Shown here in pieces: positions 9,928 to 18,954 of a stretch of DNA of 64,000 bases. How positions within the stretch are numbered: position 1 is the first letter of the stretch; each line of letters starts with the position of its first letter. The stretch covers positions 1,681 through 65,680 of the forward strand of contig JBAZUL010000006.1 of the NCBI GenBank assembly GCA_041661405.1, written 5' to 3'. This DNA comes from Patescibacteria group bacterium. GTDB taxonomy: Bacteria; Patescibacteriota; Patescibacteriia; Patescibacteriales; JBAZCA01. The translations under genes and the position numbers were made by a program. The notes below the pieces were generated by a model that worked only from the letters and a program-made list of their open reading frames with translations, did no database searches and was not told the origin of the DNA.

Positions 9928-9943
9928 CCCCTTAAAATTAATT

Positions 9944-11209
9944 ATGAGAGAAAACATTGTTGCCGGGCTGGATATTGGATCTTCAAAGATTCGTCTTGTC
10001 ATCGGCCAGAAAAGCCTAAACCGCGAGGAGCGAGGGATCCAGATAATCGGCGCGGTCGAAACCCTGACCGAGGGGCTTTCCCGCGGAATAGTAAACAGCA
10101 TTGAAGACGCGACTTCTTCAATCTCGTCGTGTCTGGAAAAAGCCGAACGTCTTACCGGCGCGCCGGTAAAAAGCGTTTGGGTTGGGATAAATTTTCCTAA
10201 CATTAAATGCGAAAAGAGCCGGGGTGTTGTCGCGGTCGGCAAATCGGACGGCGAAATAACGCCGGACGACGTGGAGCGGGCGCTGGAAGCGGCCCGGGCC
10301 CTGTCAGTTCCGCCTAATTACGAAATTCTTCATGTCATACCGGTTAAATTCACGGTTGATAACCAGGAAGAAATAAAAGACCCGATCGGCATGACCGGCG
10401 TCAGGCTGGAAGTTGAAACCCTCATTATCCAGGGGCTTTCGTCGCAGATAAAAAACCTTACCAAAGCGATCTACCGGACCGGACTGGAAATTGAAGATTT
10501 GGTCTTGTCGCCTTTAGCCGCGGCCGAAGCAGTAATCAGCGCCAAGCAGAAAGAACTCGGCGCCGCCCTTATTAACATCGGCTCTTCAACTACCAGCCTC
10601 GCGGTTTTTGAAGAAGGCGAACTTTTGCATACCGCGGTTTTGCCGGTCGGCTCCGAACACATAACCGCCGATATCGCCATCGGGCTCCGCTGTCCCATTA
10701 ACCTGGCCGAAAAGATAAAAATTGAATACGGCAGCGCCAGGCCGGATCAGTTCTCAAAAAAAGACGAGATTGATTTAAACCTCATGGCCGAAGAAGGCGA
10801 ACAGGGTGAAGATAATCAGGTCTCTCAAAAGTATATTTCCGAAATAATTGAGGCCCGGGTTGAAGAAATTTTTGACAAAGTTGACGCGGAATTTAAAAAA
10901 ATTGACCGTTCGGGCATGCTCCCGGCCGGAGTGTTTTTAGTCGGCGGCGGCGCTAAGCTCGCCCATATTACCGAGATTGCAAAGAAGAAATTAAGGCTCC
11001 CGGCCTGCCTGGGAAGCAATAAAGCGGCACGAACCGTAATAGACAAAGTGGACGACGCGACTTATCTTACGGCGCTCGGGCTTTGTGTTTGGGGTAATCA
11101 GGCGCTGGAACACGAAAGCGTCAGGAAGGTTGACTGGCTTAGGGGCGCCGGGGCGGTCAATAAATCGGTAGACAAGATTAAGAAGTGGATATCATCGCTC
11201 ATGCCCTAG
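9944..11209 (+). CDS. ftsA: Cell division protein FtsA
   Basis: Actin-like ATPase motifs VAGLDIGSSKIR, LINIGSSTTSLAVF and VFLVGGGAKL. The gene is directly upstream of ftsZ. Confidence 0.9.
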   Translation: MRENIVAGLDIGSSKIRLVIGQKSLNREERGIQIIGAVETLTEGLSRGIVNSIEDATSSISSCLEKAERLTGAPVKSVWVGINFPNIKCEKSRGVVAVGKSDGEITPDDVERALEAARALSVPPNYEILHVIPVKFTVDNQEEIKDPIGMTGVRLEVETLIIQGLSSQIKNLTKAIYRTGLEIEDLVLSPLAAAEAVISAKQKELGAALINIGSSTTSLAVFEEGELLHTAVLPVGSEHITADIAIGLRCPINLAEKIKIEYGSARPDQFSKKDEIDLNLMAEEGEQGEDNQVSQKYISEIIEARVEEIFDKVDAEFKKIDRSGMLPAGVFLVGGGAKLAHITEIAKKKLRLPACLGSNKAARTVIDKVDDATYLTALGLCVWGNQALEHESVRKVDWLRGAGAVNKSVDKIKKWISSLMP

Positions 11210-11281
11210 GGGTCTTGCAAAAATTCGGGCAATGCTATAAACTTATTTTACTAAAATATTACTCATAAAATCTCAATAAAT

Positions 11282-12466
11282 ATGCCTGAAATAAAACCGG
11301 CGATTGAGACAATCGCCAAAATCAAGGTAATCGGCGTTGGCGGCGGCGGCGGAAGCGTTGTTAACCGGATGGTTGACGCCGGGGTTAAAGGCGTTGAATT
11401 TATCGCCGTAAATACCGATGTTCAGGCTCTGCATTACAATAAAGCCTCTAAAAAGCTCCATATCGGCAAGGCCGTCACCCGGGGCCTCGGCGCCGGCATG
11501 AACCCGGAACTGGGGCGGAACGCGGCCGAAGAATCCCAGAATGAAATCAGGGATCTCCTTAAAGATTCGGACATGGTTTTTATTACCTGCGGCTTGGGCG
11601 GCGGAACCGGGACCGGAGCCGCTCCGATTGTCGCCGAGCTCGCCAAGGACATCGGCGCCCTTACCATTGCCGTCGTAACCAAACCTTTCGCTTTTGAAGG
11701 ATCGCAAAGGAAAAACATTGCCGAGCGCGGACTTTCCGAATTAATTGACAAAGTGGATACTATAATTACCATCCCGAACGATAAACTCCTGCAGGTTATA
11801 GACAAAAAAACCTCGCTCTTAGACGCTTTTATGGTCGTGGACGATGTCTTGCGCCAAGGCGTCCAGGGCATTTCCGAACTGATTACGGTTCCCGGTTTGA
11901 TAAACGTTGATTTTGCCGACGTAAAAGCCGTCATGTCCAATGCCGGATCGTCCTTGATGGGTATTGGTTTCGCCGGAGGAGAAAATAAAGCCATTGAAGC
12001 GGCCAAGATGGCCATCAATTCGCCCCTTTTGGAAATGTCCATTGAAGGCGCCCGCGGCATCCTCTTTACCATAACCGGCGGACCGTCCCTTAGCATGGCC
12101 GAAGTTTCCGAGGCGGCCAAAGTAATCACCGCGTCGGCCGACGAGGAAGCGAAAATCATCTTTGGCGCCGTGATTGATGAAAAAATGAAAGACGAAGTTA
12201 AAATAACCGTTGTCGCCACCGGATTTGATTTTAAAAACGGCAAAAGGGAAGAGGCCGGAAAAGAGCGGGCTTACTCCCCAAGTTCGTTCATGATTAATGA
12301 GGAGCGCAAAGACGAAGTTAAAGAATTCGCCGTTCCCGAGCGGAAAAAATCCAAAGTCTCCTCCCTGAAGCAGGCTCAGGCCGAACCGGCGAAGAAAAAA
12401 TCCGATTACGCCGAGGAAGACGACGAACTCTCCATTCCGGCGTTTATTCGGAAGAAGATGATGTAG
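11282..12466 (+). CDS. ftsZ: Cell division GTPase FtsZ
   Basis: [13 protein letters not shown], the tubulin signature [10 protein letters not shown], and the C-terminal anchor peptide [13 protein letters not shown]. Confidence 0.97.
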   Translation: MPEIKPAIETIAKIKVIGVGGGGGSVVNRMVDAGVKGVEFIAVNTDVQALHYNKASKKLHIGKAVTRGLGAGMNPELGRNAAEESQNEIRDLLKDSDMVFITCGLGGGTGTGAAPIVAELAKDIGALTIAVVTKPFAFEGSQRKNIAERGLSELIDKVDTIITIPNDKLLQVIDKKTSLLDAFMVVDDVLRQGVQGISELITVPGLINVDFADVKAVMSNAGSSLMGIGFAGGENKAIEAAKMAINSPLLEMSIEGARGILFTITGGPSLSMAEVSEAAKVITASADEEAKIIFGAVIDEKMKDEVKITVVATGFDFKNGKREEAGKERAYSPSSFMINEERKDEVKEFAVPERKKSKVSSLKQAQAEPAKKKSDYAEEDDELSIPAFIRKKMM

Positions 12467-12510
12467 CAATGCTGAAAATTAGCTAAAGTTGGTTAATTAT
12501 ATAAGACTAC

Positions 12511-12534
12511 AGACAAAAATCTGTTGTCTTTTTT
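12511..12534 (+). terminator. Putative intrinsic terminator after ftsZ
   Basis: Stem agacaa/ttgtct, 7-nt loop, then a T-run (tttttt). Confidence 0.55.
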
Positions 12535-12585
12535 GTCGGTTTTTTGCCTTGTATTTGAGCTGGTAAAATGTTAAATTTAGGTTAG

Positions 12586-12795
12586 ATGAAAAAGAATATG
12601 AAAATAAAGCAGTTATTCTACAAATGCAAAAATTGCGGTGATGTTATTAGTGCTAATACGAATAGCCAGCTGGTTTATTGCCAATGCGGCAAGCTAGGCG
12701 TTGACGGGAATGAATTTTATGTCCGAGTAATAGGGGATAAAAAAGATTTTGAGTTGGTAAATAAGTCAAATATATATGCTGGAATTTCTGGGTAA
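12586..12795 (+). CDS. Small zinc-ribbon protein (hypothetical)
   Basis: 69 aa with CKNC ... CQC cysteine pairs. AT-rich. First gene after the ftsZ terminator. Confidence 0.4.
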   Translation: MKKNMKIKQLFYKCKNCGDVISANTNSQLVYCQCGKLGVDGNEFYVRVIGDKKDFELVNKSNIYAGISG

Positions 12796-12860
12796 AAATT
12801 CAGCCAATTACGAGCTTTTGGACAAAAAGGCCGGAAAACAGGCGGAAGAATTTCAAATTA

Positions 12861-12869
12861 GGGGGGGGG
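12861..12869 (+). repeat. G9 homopolymer tract
   Basis: Read directly: attaGGGGGGGGGctgg. Confidence 0.95.
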
Positions 12870-12980
12870 CTGGAAGGCGATGAAAACGCGGCGGAAGTCC
12901 ACGATAAGATAAACTGGAGTTTTTCTGACTATAATAATAAAGTCCGGGAAGTATTTAGCGCCATTGATTTTAGCCGGGAG

Positions 12981-14036
12981 TTGCCGGAAAAACAGAAAAA
13001 AGAAATTAAGGCACTTTTGATAAGGAGAAAGGAACTGCTGTCTAATTTGTATGATGGCGTGGAAAAAAACGGGGCGCTCGCGGAGATTGAAAAGAAAGAA
13101 TTAAATTTTGAAGCCGATCTGTTCATGGTCATGCACTGCTATTTCAGCAAACTTAAAATAAATTCAAGGAATTACACAAGAAGAACCGTAAGGGGATATA
13201 ATGGAAGAGAGAGAAAAATATACAGCGACAACCAAAGGAACGTGGCTTTGGCTGAAACCCAGCAATTTCTAGCCATGCTGATTATTGCCAGCGGCAAACA
13301 TAGTTTAGAGAGTATTACGGCTTACGCGGGCAAGATTAAAGGACTCTATTACGACGGCGGAGAGCAGGATTTATCCAAAGACGAAGAGGATGATCCGGCG
13401 AGGCAGCTGGAAAAAGGAATTTCAGGACTGGCCGCGGCTTACTATTATTATCAGTCCAAAGGCTACTCGGTTATTATTTCCAGTCCGGCAATGGATGCCA
13501 ATCAGGGAATTGATTTATTTTTGGCGGATACCAAAAGAATGCGCCATGATCATGTAGTGGAACAAAAATTTGATTTTAAAAACATGAAAACTTTGGACGA
13601 GACACCTTCCGCTTTAAGACCGTATATAACCATCGTCCAGGTTAAGTGCCACGCCGACAAGACCGGCAGGGAATCAAAAGAGTTGATTTACAGCCCTCAA
13701 CTGCTCGCGGACTACGTGGAAAAAATAAACCACCACCGGCTGATTAAATATTACGAAAAGCGCTTCGGCTCGGCCGGGGAAAACCCGCATGGCGAATCGG
13801 GAGAAAACGGCGATAAGTGGGAAGATTTTGAAGAAAAATTCAGAGAGCTGGAGTTCCCTCAAACCGTTAAGATTGAAGATTTGGAGATACCGAGTGGCTT
13901 TTGCGCGCGGTATATTGATCTAAAAATGAAAGATGCCAAAGAACTCATTGATTCGGCTGGCGTGGCAGACCGGGGTTGGAACGATATTCATCAGGAAAGA
14001 GTGATCGGCCGGGCGATTTATCCGGTTAAGAGGTAG
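12981..14036 (+). CDS. PD-(D/E)xK (Mrr-cat-like) nuclease-fold protein; probable real start ATG 12776, separated by a frameshift at the G9 tract
   Basis: The pattern E...GY-x-V...D-x-x-GIDLFL ... ITIVQVKCH matches the restriction-endonuclease-like core (D ... (D/E)xK). The tracked TTG start has 216 nt of open frame upstream with no start codon. Confidence 0.5.
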   Translation: MPEKQKKEIKALLIRRKELLSNLYDGVEKNGALAEIEKKELNFEADLFMVMHCYFSKLKINSRNYTRRTVRGYNGRERKIYSDNQRNVALAETQQFLAMLIIASGKHSLESITAYAGKIKGLYYDGGEQDLSKDEEDDPARQLEKGISGLAAAYYYYQSKGYSVIISSPAMDANQGIDLFLADTKRMRHDHVVEQKFDFKNMKTLDETPSALRPYITIVQVKCHADKTGRESKELIYSPQLLADYVEKINHHRLIKYYEKRFGSAGENPHGESGENGDKWEDFEEKFRELEFPQTVKIEDLEIPSGFCARYIDLKMKDAKELIDSAGVADRGWNDIHQERVIGRAIYPVKR

Positions 14037-14193
14037 CTGGCCGGAATTGGCGTTGTAATTGATTTTACCGCTAAAAAATGCTAATTTTAAGAAAGAAATG
14101 ATAAAGAACCGACAAGAAAATTGATGAGGAGGTTTGTGGGCTTTATGGGTTGGGGGAGGAGGAGAGTTGGAATAATAAACGGAGATTAAAAGA

Positions 14194-14952
14194 ATGTATA
14201 GAAAATTTTCAAAAGAAAATGTCTATGATTTAATAAAGAATGCATGGTCTTTTTTTTGTAGGGTGAATTATTCGCTTATTGTTGCCATTATAGCCCTGTA
14301 TTGGTCATTTCATACATATAACCAACTCATGCCCTTGAATAGGGCAAAGATTATTTTTTCGGATTCGGATATTCATATAGTCCAGGACAACAATTGTTGC
14401 AAGATGCAGAGTAAAAAATGCGACGTAGCAGTTATCAATCTAAAGAATATTGGCAAGGCTTCTGCTAAAAAAATAATTTTCAAAAGTTATGTTTTCCAGC
14501 CCGGCGAAAACAGTGCCCAAATGTTCAACGATTGGTCGGTTAACGAATTATCGCCGGAAACAAGTATGAAGATTGGCCAAATATATCTCGACCACACGGC
14601 AATAGACAATTTAAACAAAAAACAGGTTGATATTATTGGGTCAAGAGTGATATTAGCCTTTTCTTTAAAATATGAAGACGAGATAACCAAGGAGGAGATA
14701 AAAAATTATTACTTTTTTACCTATGCCTTAGGCACCCCCGATGTATATTCATTGATCGGAGCTGATTTTGAAGCCAGTAAAAGTAGTTTTATAAATGAGT
14801 TTCAACAAAAAGATGCCGATTTTTTAAGCTATATAAGGAGTATTGACCTGCAAGAAAATAAAACATTTTCAGGCTTTGGGGACAGGTTTTTAGGAAAATC
14901 TAAAAGCAAACTTGGAAGCTTGATTATTTTTTTAAAAAATTACATTAAATAA
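14194..14952 (+). CDS. Hypothetical single-TM protein
   Basis: 252-aa ORF, very AT-rich. One N-terminal hydrophobic helix (YSLIVAIIALYWSF). No motif recognised. Confidence 0.4.
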   Translation: MYRKFSKENVYDLIKNAWSFFCRVNYSLIVAIIALYWSFHTYNQLMPLNRAKIIFSDSDIHIVQDNNCCKMQSKKCDVAVINLKNIGKASAKKIIFKSYVFQPGENSAQMFNDWSVNELSPETSMKIGQIYLDHTAIDNLNKKQVDIIGSRVILAFSLKYEDEITKEEIKNYYFFTYALGTPDVYSLIGADFEASKSSFINEFQQKDADFLSYIRSIDLQENKTFSGFGDRFLGKSKSKLGSLIIFLKNYIK

Positions 14953-14962
14953 TCTTGTTTTT

Positions 14963-15796
14963 ATGCGCCGGGTAAAAAATCACACTAAAGAAAAGCTAGA
15001 TTATTTTAGGAAATATATTGAGGCTTATTTAGTGGCCACAAAAAAATTACCAATTAAATATTATATAGATGCTTTTGCCGGAACAGGTAAGTGCGTACTA
15101 TGCGGAGAAAGCTGTAGCTCTAGAGGAGGAAAAAGGTGCGTTGTGTGTGGGAAAGGTAAAATTATTGACGGTTCAGCTTTAATATCTTTAAAAACAAAAA
15201 ATCAGTTCAACGGTTATGTATTTATTGAGTTAGATGATAGGAGAATTAACAGATTAAATAAATTTATACGTGCTGAAGTAAGCGAGGAAATACTGAAAAA
15301 AATTGCTACTAAAAAGGCTGATTCAAATTTATTATTGAAGAATTTTCATCAATTTGTTTCTCCGTACGCCGGATGCTTGATATTGCTAGATCCTGAAGGT
15401 CCGGAATTACTTTGGGAAACCATAGAATATTTGTCTAAAATTAAAAAAGCCGAATTATTGATATTGTATCCGTATGATATGTCTTTAGTTAGGTTGACAA
15501 AAGATTACGGCGATAAGTTAGATAGATTTTATGGCACGGCTGAATGGTCGAAAATTTATAATGACAAAAACAATATAAACGCAGACTCAACTAAAAATAG
15601 ATTATTGGAATTTTATTGTGGTAATTTAAAAAAATTGGGTTTTGAATATGTGGTTTATAAGCAGATACGAAGAAAATTAAGGGACGGGAAGCCTCTATAT
15701 CATTTTATTTTAGCCACCCACCACCATGCAGGAGAAAAAATTATGAAAGATATTTTTAATAAGGAGCTTGACGGGCAAACTAAAATGAAATTTTAA
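14963..15796 (+). CDS. TcmP-like (three-Cys-motif partner protein family) with SAM-methyltransferase-like motif and an inserted zinc ribbon
   Basis: The N-terminus HTKEKLDYFRKYIEAYL...YIDAFAGTGKC resembles TcmP (TIGR04474, recalled from memory). DAFAGTG resembles MTase motif I. The CVLC..C...CVVC insertion follows. Confidence 0.55.
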   Translation: MRRVKNHTKEKLDYFRKYIEAYLVATKKLPIKYYIDAFAGTGKCVLCGESCSSRGGKRCVVCGKGKIIDGSALISLKTKNQFNGYVFIELDDRRINRLNKFIRAEVSEEILKKIATKKADSNLLLKNFHQFVSPYAGCLILLDPEGPELLWETIEYLSKIKKAELLILYPYDMSLVRLTKDYGDKLDRFYGTAEWSKIYNDKNNINADSTKNRLLEFYCGNLKKLGFEYVVYKQIRRKLRDGKPLYHFILATHHHAGEKIMKDIFNKELDGQTKMKF

Positions 15797-15843
15797 TCAA
15801 TCTGGATTTATGGTACAATATTAATAACGATCCACCACCCCCC

Positions 15844-16674
15844 ATGCTTAAAATTCAACGAAAATCTCTCCTTTATAAAAGCGGCGTTGAGTACGCTGAT
15901 TATTGCGTTAATCACGCGGAAGGGTGTTCGCATGGCTGTAAGTTTCCCTGCTACGCCATGAACATGAAAAAAAGATGCGGGGTGATAAAGGACTATAGCG
16001 ATTGGATTAGGCCGAAAATCGTGGAAAACGCGCTGGAGCTCTTAGACAAGGAAATTCCGAAGCTAAAAGATAAAATCAAAGTCGTGCATTTATGCTTTAC
16101 GACCGACCCATTCATGTACGGCCAGAAAGAAATTTCTGATTTATCGCTAAAAATTATAAAAAGGTTTAATCAGGATGATATTAAATGCACCGTCCTTACT
16201 AAGGGAATTTATCCGAAAGATTTGACTGATACGGATATTTACGGCAAAAATAATGAATACGCGATTACTTTGGTTTCATTGGACGATAATTTTAAAAAGA
16301 GTTTTGAGCCAGGAGCAGCGCCTTATAGGGAGCGGATAGAATCGCTTAAATATTTGCATAATAAGGGGCTGAAAACTTGGGTAAGTATGGAGCCTTACCC
16401 AACGCCTAACCTGGTAAAACAGGATTTAAAGAAAATTCTTGAAAGAATCAAGTTTGTTGATAAAATAATTTTTGGCAAGCTGAATTATAACGTTAGAGTC
16501 TCGGATTTCGGGAACAACGCGGATTTCTATGAAGAACAGGCTGATATTGTCGTGAATTTTTGCCGGAATAACGGCATTGATTATCACATTAAATATGGAA
16601 CCAAAAAAATTGACGATAAAAAAACCGAGGGGATTTTCAGGGCGACAGATAGGTTATTTAGTTTCGCGGTCTGA
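15844..16674 (+). CDS. Radical-SAM-like protein of the SPL / DNA-repair-photolyase (COG1533-like) type with variant CX3CX3C motif
   Basis: NHAEGCSHGCKFPCYA sits near the N-terminus. A downstream LCFTTDPFMYGQKE resembles the TDpYqP.E block of SplB-like enzymes. Confidence 0.5.
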   Translation: MLKIQRKSLLYKSGVEYADYCVNHAEGCSHGCKFPCYAMNMKKRCGVIKDYSDWIRPKIVENALELLDKEIPKLKDKIKVVHLCFTTDPFMYGQKEISDLSLKIIKRFNQDDIKCTVLTKGIYPKDLTDTDIYGKNNEYAITLVSLDDNFKKSFEPGAAPYRERIESLKYLHNKGLKTWVSMEPYPTPNLVKQDLKKILERIKFVDKIIFGKLNYNVRVSDFGNNADFYEEQADIVVNFCRNNGIDYHIKYGTKKIDDKKTEGIFRATDRLFSFAV

Positions 16675-16750
16675 TTATGCGGGGGCTTTAAAAATAATAT
16701 GACAAATCTTTAAATCAAAAAGCCCCTGTCAAGAACAGAGGCATTTTAAA

Positions 16751-17977
16751 ATGACCCAATCCCAAGCCATGAAAATTCTGCAGTCGGGAGAGAATGTCTT
16801 TCTGACCGGGTCGGCCGGGACGGGAAAGACTTTTTTACTGAATGAATTTATCGGCGATCTGAAAAATAAAAAAATCAAAGCCGGGATTACCGCTTCAACC
16901 GGCATCGCCGCCACCCACATCGGCGGCCGGACTATCCATTCCTGGGCAGGGATGGGCATTGAGAAAAATTTGAGTCCGAAGAAAATGAACAAATTAGTCA
17001 GGAACAAAAAAACAAGGCAGAGAATAGAAGAAACGCAAACGCTCGTTATTGACGAAATATCAATGCTGGACGCTGACCGCCTTAACCTGGCGGACAAAAT
17101 ATGCAAAGCGATTAAAAATCCTTTTTTGCCGTTCGGCGGAATCCAGGTTATTATGAGCGGCGATTTTTTCCAGCTTCCGCCGGTGGAAAAGGACGCGAAG
17201 TTTGCTTACGAGTCTTTGGCCTGGAAAGAAGCTAAGGTGAAGGTATGTTACTTAGACGAACAGTTCAGGCAGAATGATTTGGTTTTTACGGGTCTTCTTA
17301 ATAAAATCAGGAATAATTCGGCCGGAGCGGATGAGATGAACTCGCTGAAGTCGCGCCTTTTTAAGTCCATTAACGGTTTTTCTAAGCCCACCAAGCTCTA
17401 TACCCATAACGCCGACGTTGACGCGGTTAACAGCTACGAACTCTCGCGCGTTCCCGGGAAGGAGATGGTTTTTAGTATGACTTCCAAAGGTCCGGCGGAA
17501 CTGGTAAAATTTTTAAAGAAGTCCTGCCTCGCGCCCGAAGATCTAAAATTAAAAACCGGCGCCATGGTAATGTTCGTAAAAAATAATTTTGAGGCCGGCT
17601 ACGTAAACGGCACTTTAGGCGTTGTAACCGGTTTTAACGAGGATAATTACCCGCTCGTAAAAATAAAATCCGGCGAAGAAATAGCGGCAACGCCGTCCGG
17701 CTGGAACATTGAAGAGAATGAGGAAATCGTCGCGTCGGTAAATCAGATTCCTCTGCGCCTCGCTTGGGCGATTACGGTTCATAAAAGCCAGGGCATGAGC
17801 TTGGACGCGGCGGAAATTGATTTGTCGCGGTCGTTTGAATACGGCATGGGATACGTCGCGCTCTCAAGGGTTCGGACTTTGGCGGGCATGCGGCTTATGG
17901 GAATAAACGAGGGAGCATTGCGGGTTGACCCGAAAGTTTTAGAAAAAGACCGGGAGTTTAAAAATTTATCAATATAA
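16751..17977 (+). CDS. Pif1/RecD-type SF1B DNA helicase
   Basis: Walker A GSAGTGKTF, Walker B LVIDEISML, GDFFQLPPV, and HKSQGMS near the C-terminus. Confidence 0.8.
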   Translation: MTQSQAMKILQSGENVFLTGSAGTGKTFLLNEFIGDLKNKKIKAGITASTGIAATHIGGRTIHSWAGMGIEKNLSPKKMNKLVRNKKTRQRIEETQTLVIDEISMLDADRLNLADKICKAIKNPFLPFGGIQVIMSGDFFQLPPVEKDAKFAYESLAWKEAKVKVCYLDEQFRQNDLVFTGLLNKIRNNSAGADEMNSLKSRLFKSINGFSKPTKLYTHNADVDAVNSYELSRVPGKEMVFSMTSKGPAELVKFLKKSCLAPEDLKLKTGAMVMFVKNNFEAGYVNGTLGVVTGFNEDNYPLVKIKSGEEIAATPSGWNIEENEEIVASVNQIPLRLAWAITVHKSQGMSLDAAEIDLSRSFEYGMGYVALSRVRTLAGMRLMGINEGALRVDPKVLEKDREFKNLSI

Positions 17978-17982
17978 TCATT

Positions 17983-18690
17983 ATGCCAAAATTGATTTTT
18001 GACATTGAAACCATTGGGGAGAATTTTGACGAGCTGGACAAAACAACGCAGAGCGTCATGACTAAATGGGTAAAAGGCGAAGCAGGCGAGGAAGAGCATG
18101 ACGCGGCAGTAGAGGATATAAAAAAAACCCTCGGCCTTTCGCCTTTAACCGGCGAGATTGTCGCTATCGGCGTCCTGGACGGCGATAAGGACAGGGGCGC
18201 GGTTTATTATCAGTCGCCAGGAACTAAAGAAAAAGATTCGGAAGAGGACGGCGTAAAATTCCGGCCCATGGATGAAAAAGAAATGTTGAAAACTTTCTGG
18301 GAAGTCGCGAAAAATTACGACGAATTCATAAGTTTTAATGGCCGCGGTTTTGACGCGCCATACTTAATGATTCGTTCGGCTATTCACGGCCTTCGCCCGA
18401 GCCAGGATCTCATGTTTAACCGTTATTTAACGAGCCAGAAATATAACAGCGCCAGGCATATTGATTTAATGGATCAATTGTCATTTTACGGCGCGACCCG
18501 GAATAAAAGCCTGCACCTATTTTGCCGGGCGTTCGGCATAAAAAGCCCTAAAGCGGGCGGGGTAGCCGGGGATGATGTGGCTGGATTATTCAAAGACGGC
18601 CGGTTTTTAGACATCGCCCGCTATAATGCCGGCGATTTAATCGCGACCAAAGCTTTATATGAATATTGGGAGAAATATTTAAGGTTTTAG
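17983..18690 (+). CDS. 3'-5' exonuclease, PolB-exonuclease-like (RNase H fold, DEDDy)
   Basis: FDIETIG (Exo I), SFNGRGFDAPYL (Exo II), YNAGDLIAT (Exo III). Starts 5 nt after the helicase stop. Confidence 0.7.
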   Translation: MPKLIFDIETIGENFDELDKTTQSVMTKWVKGEAGEEEHDAAVEDIKKTLGLSPLTGEIVAIGVLDGDKDRGAVYYQSPGTKEKDSEEDGVKFRPMDEKEMLKTFWEVAKNYDEFISFNGRGFDAPYLMIRSAIHGLRPSQDLMFNRYLTSQKYNSARHIDLMDQLSFYGATRNKSLHLFCRAFGIKSPKAGGVAGDDVAGLFKDGRFLDIARYNAGDLIATKALYEYWEKYLRF

Positions 18691-18776
18691 CCGCTGTTTA
18701 TTCTTTTTTTCAGCCGGAATATATTTAACCGGCGATATTTGTCCGCTTAGCCGCGGAAGATGTTTTTACGCCGGAC

Positions 18777-18814
18777 TTTTCCACAGTTTGAACCAAAGAT
18801 TTTAGTTATCCACA
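18777..18814 (+). promoter_or_regulatory. Two DnaA-box-like nonamers (TTTTCCACA, TTATCCACA)
   Basis: ttttccaca at 18777..18785 and ttatccaca at 18806..18814, in the same orientation, followed by an A/T-only run. Confidence 0.45.
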
Positions 18815-18911
18815 GGGCAAAAAAATTAAAATTTTTAAAGCCGCAGAGGTCGTTTTTGAATCCGCATTTTTTTCTCTAACCTTAAAACAAATTTTATTAA
18901 TACAGCGCGTC

Positions 18912-18939
18912 TTGACGGATTCAAAGATGGTGATATAAT
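18912..18939 (+). promoter_or_regulatory. Near-consensus promoter of the nrd operon (TTGACG-16-TATAAT, extended -10)
   Basis: ttgacg at 18912..18917. TGaTATAAT has its -10 at 18934..18939. Confidence 0.6.
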
Positions 18940-18954
18940 TAATACAAGACGTAA

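Noticed and set aside
11273-12469. Three long minus-strand ORFs (11273..11707, 11434..12243, 11819..12469)
   Set aside because: They are antisense shadows of ftsZ, whose identity is unambiguous. They have low-complexity composition and no motifs.
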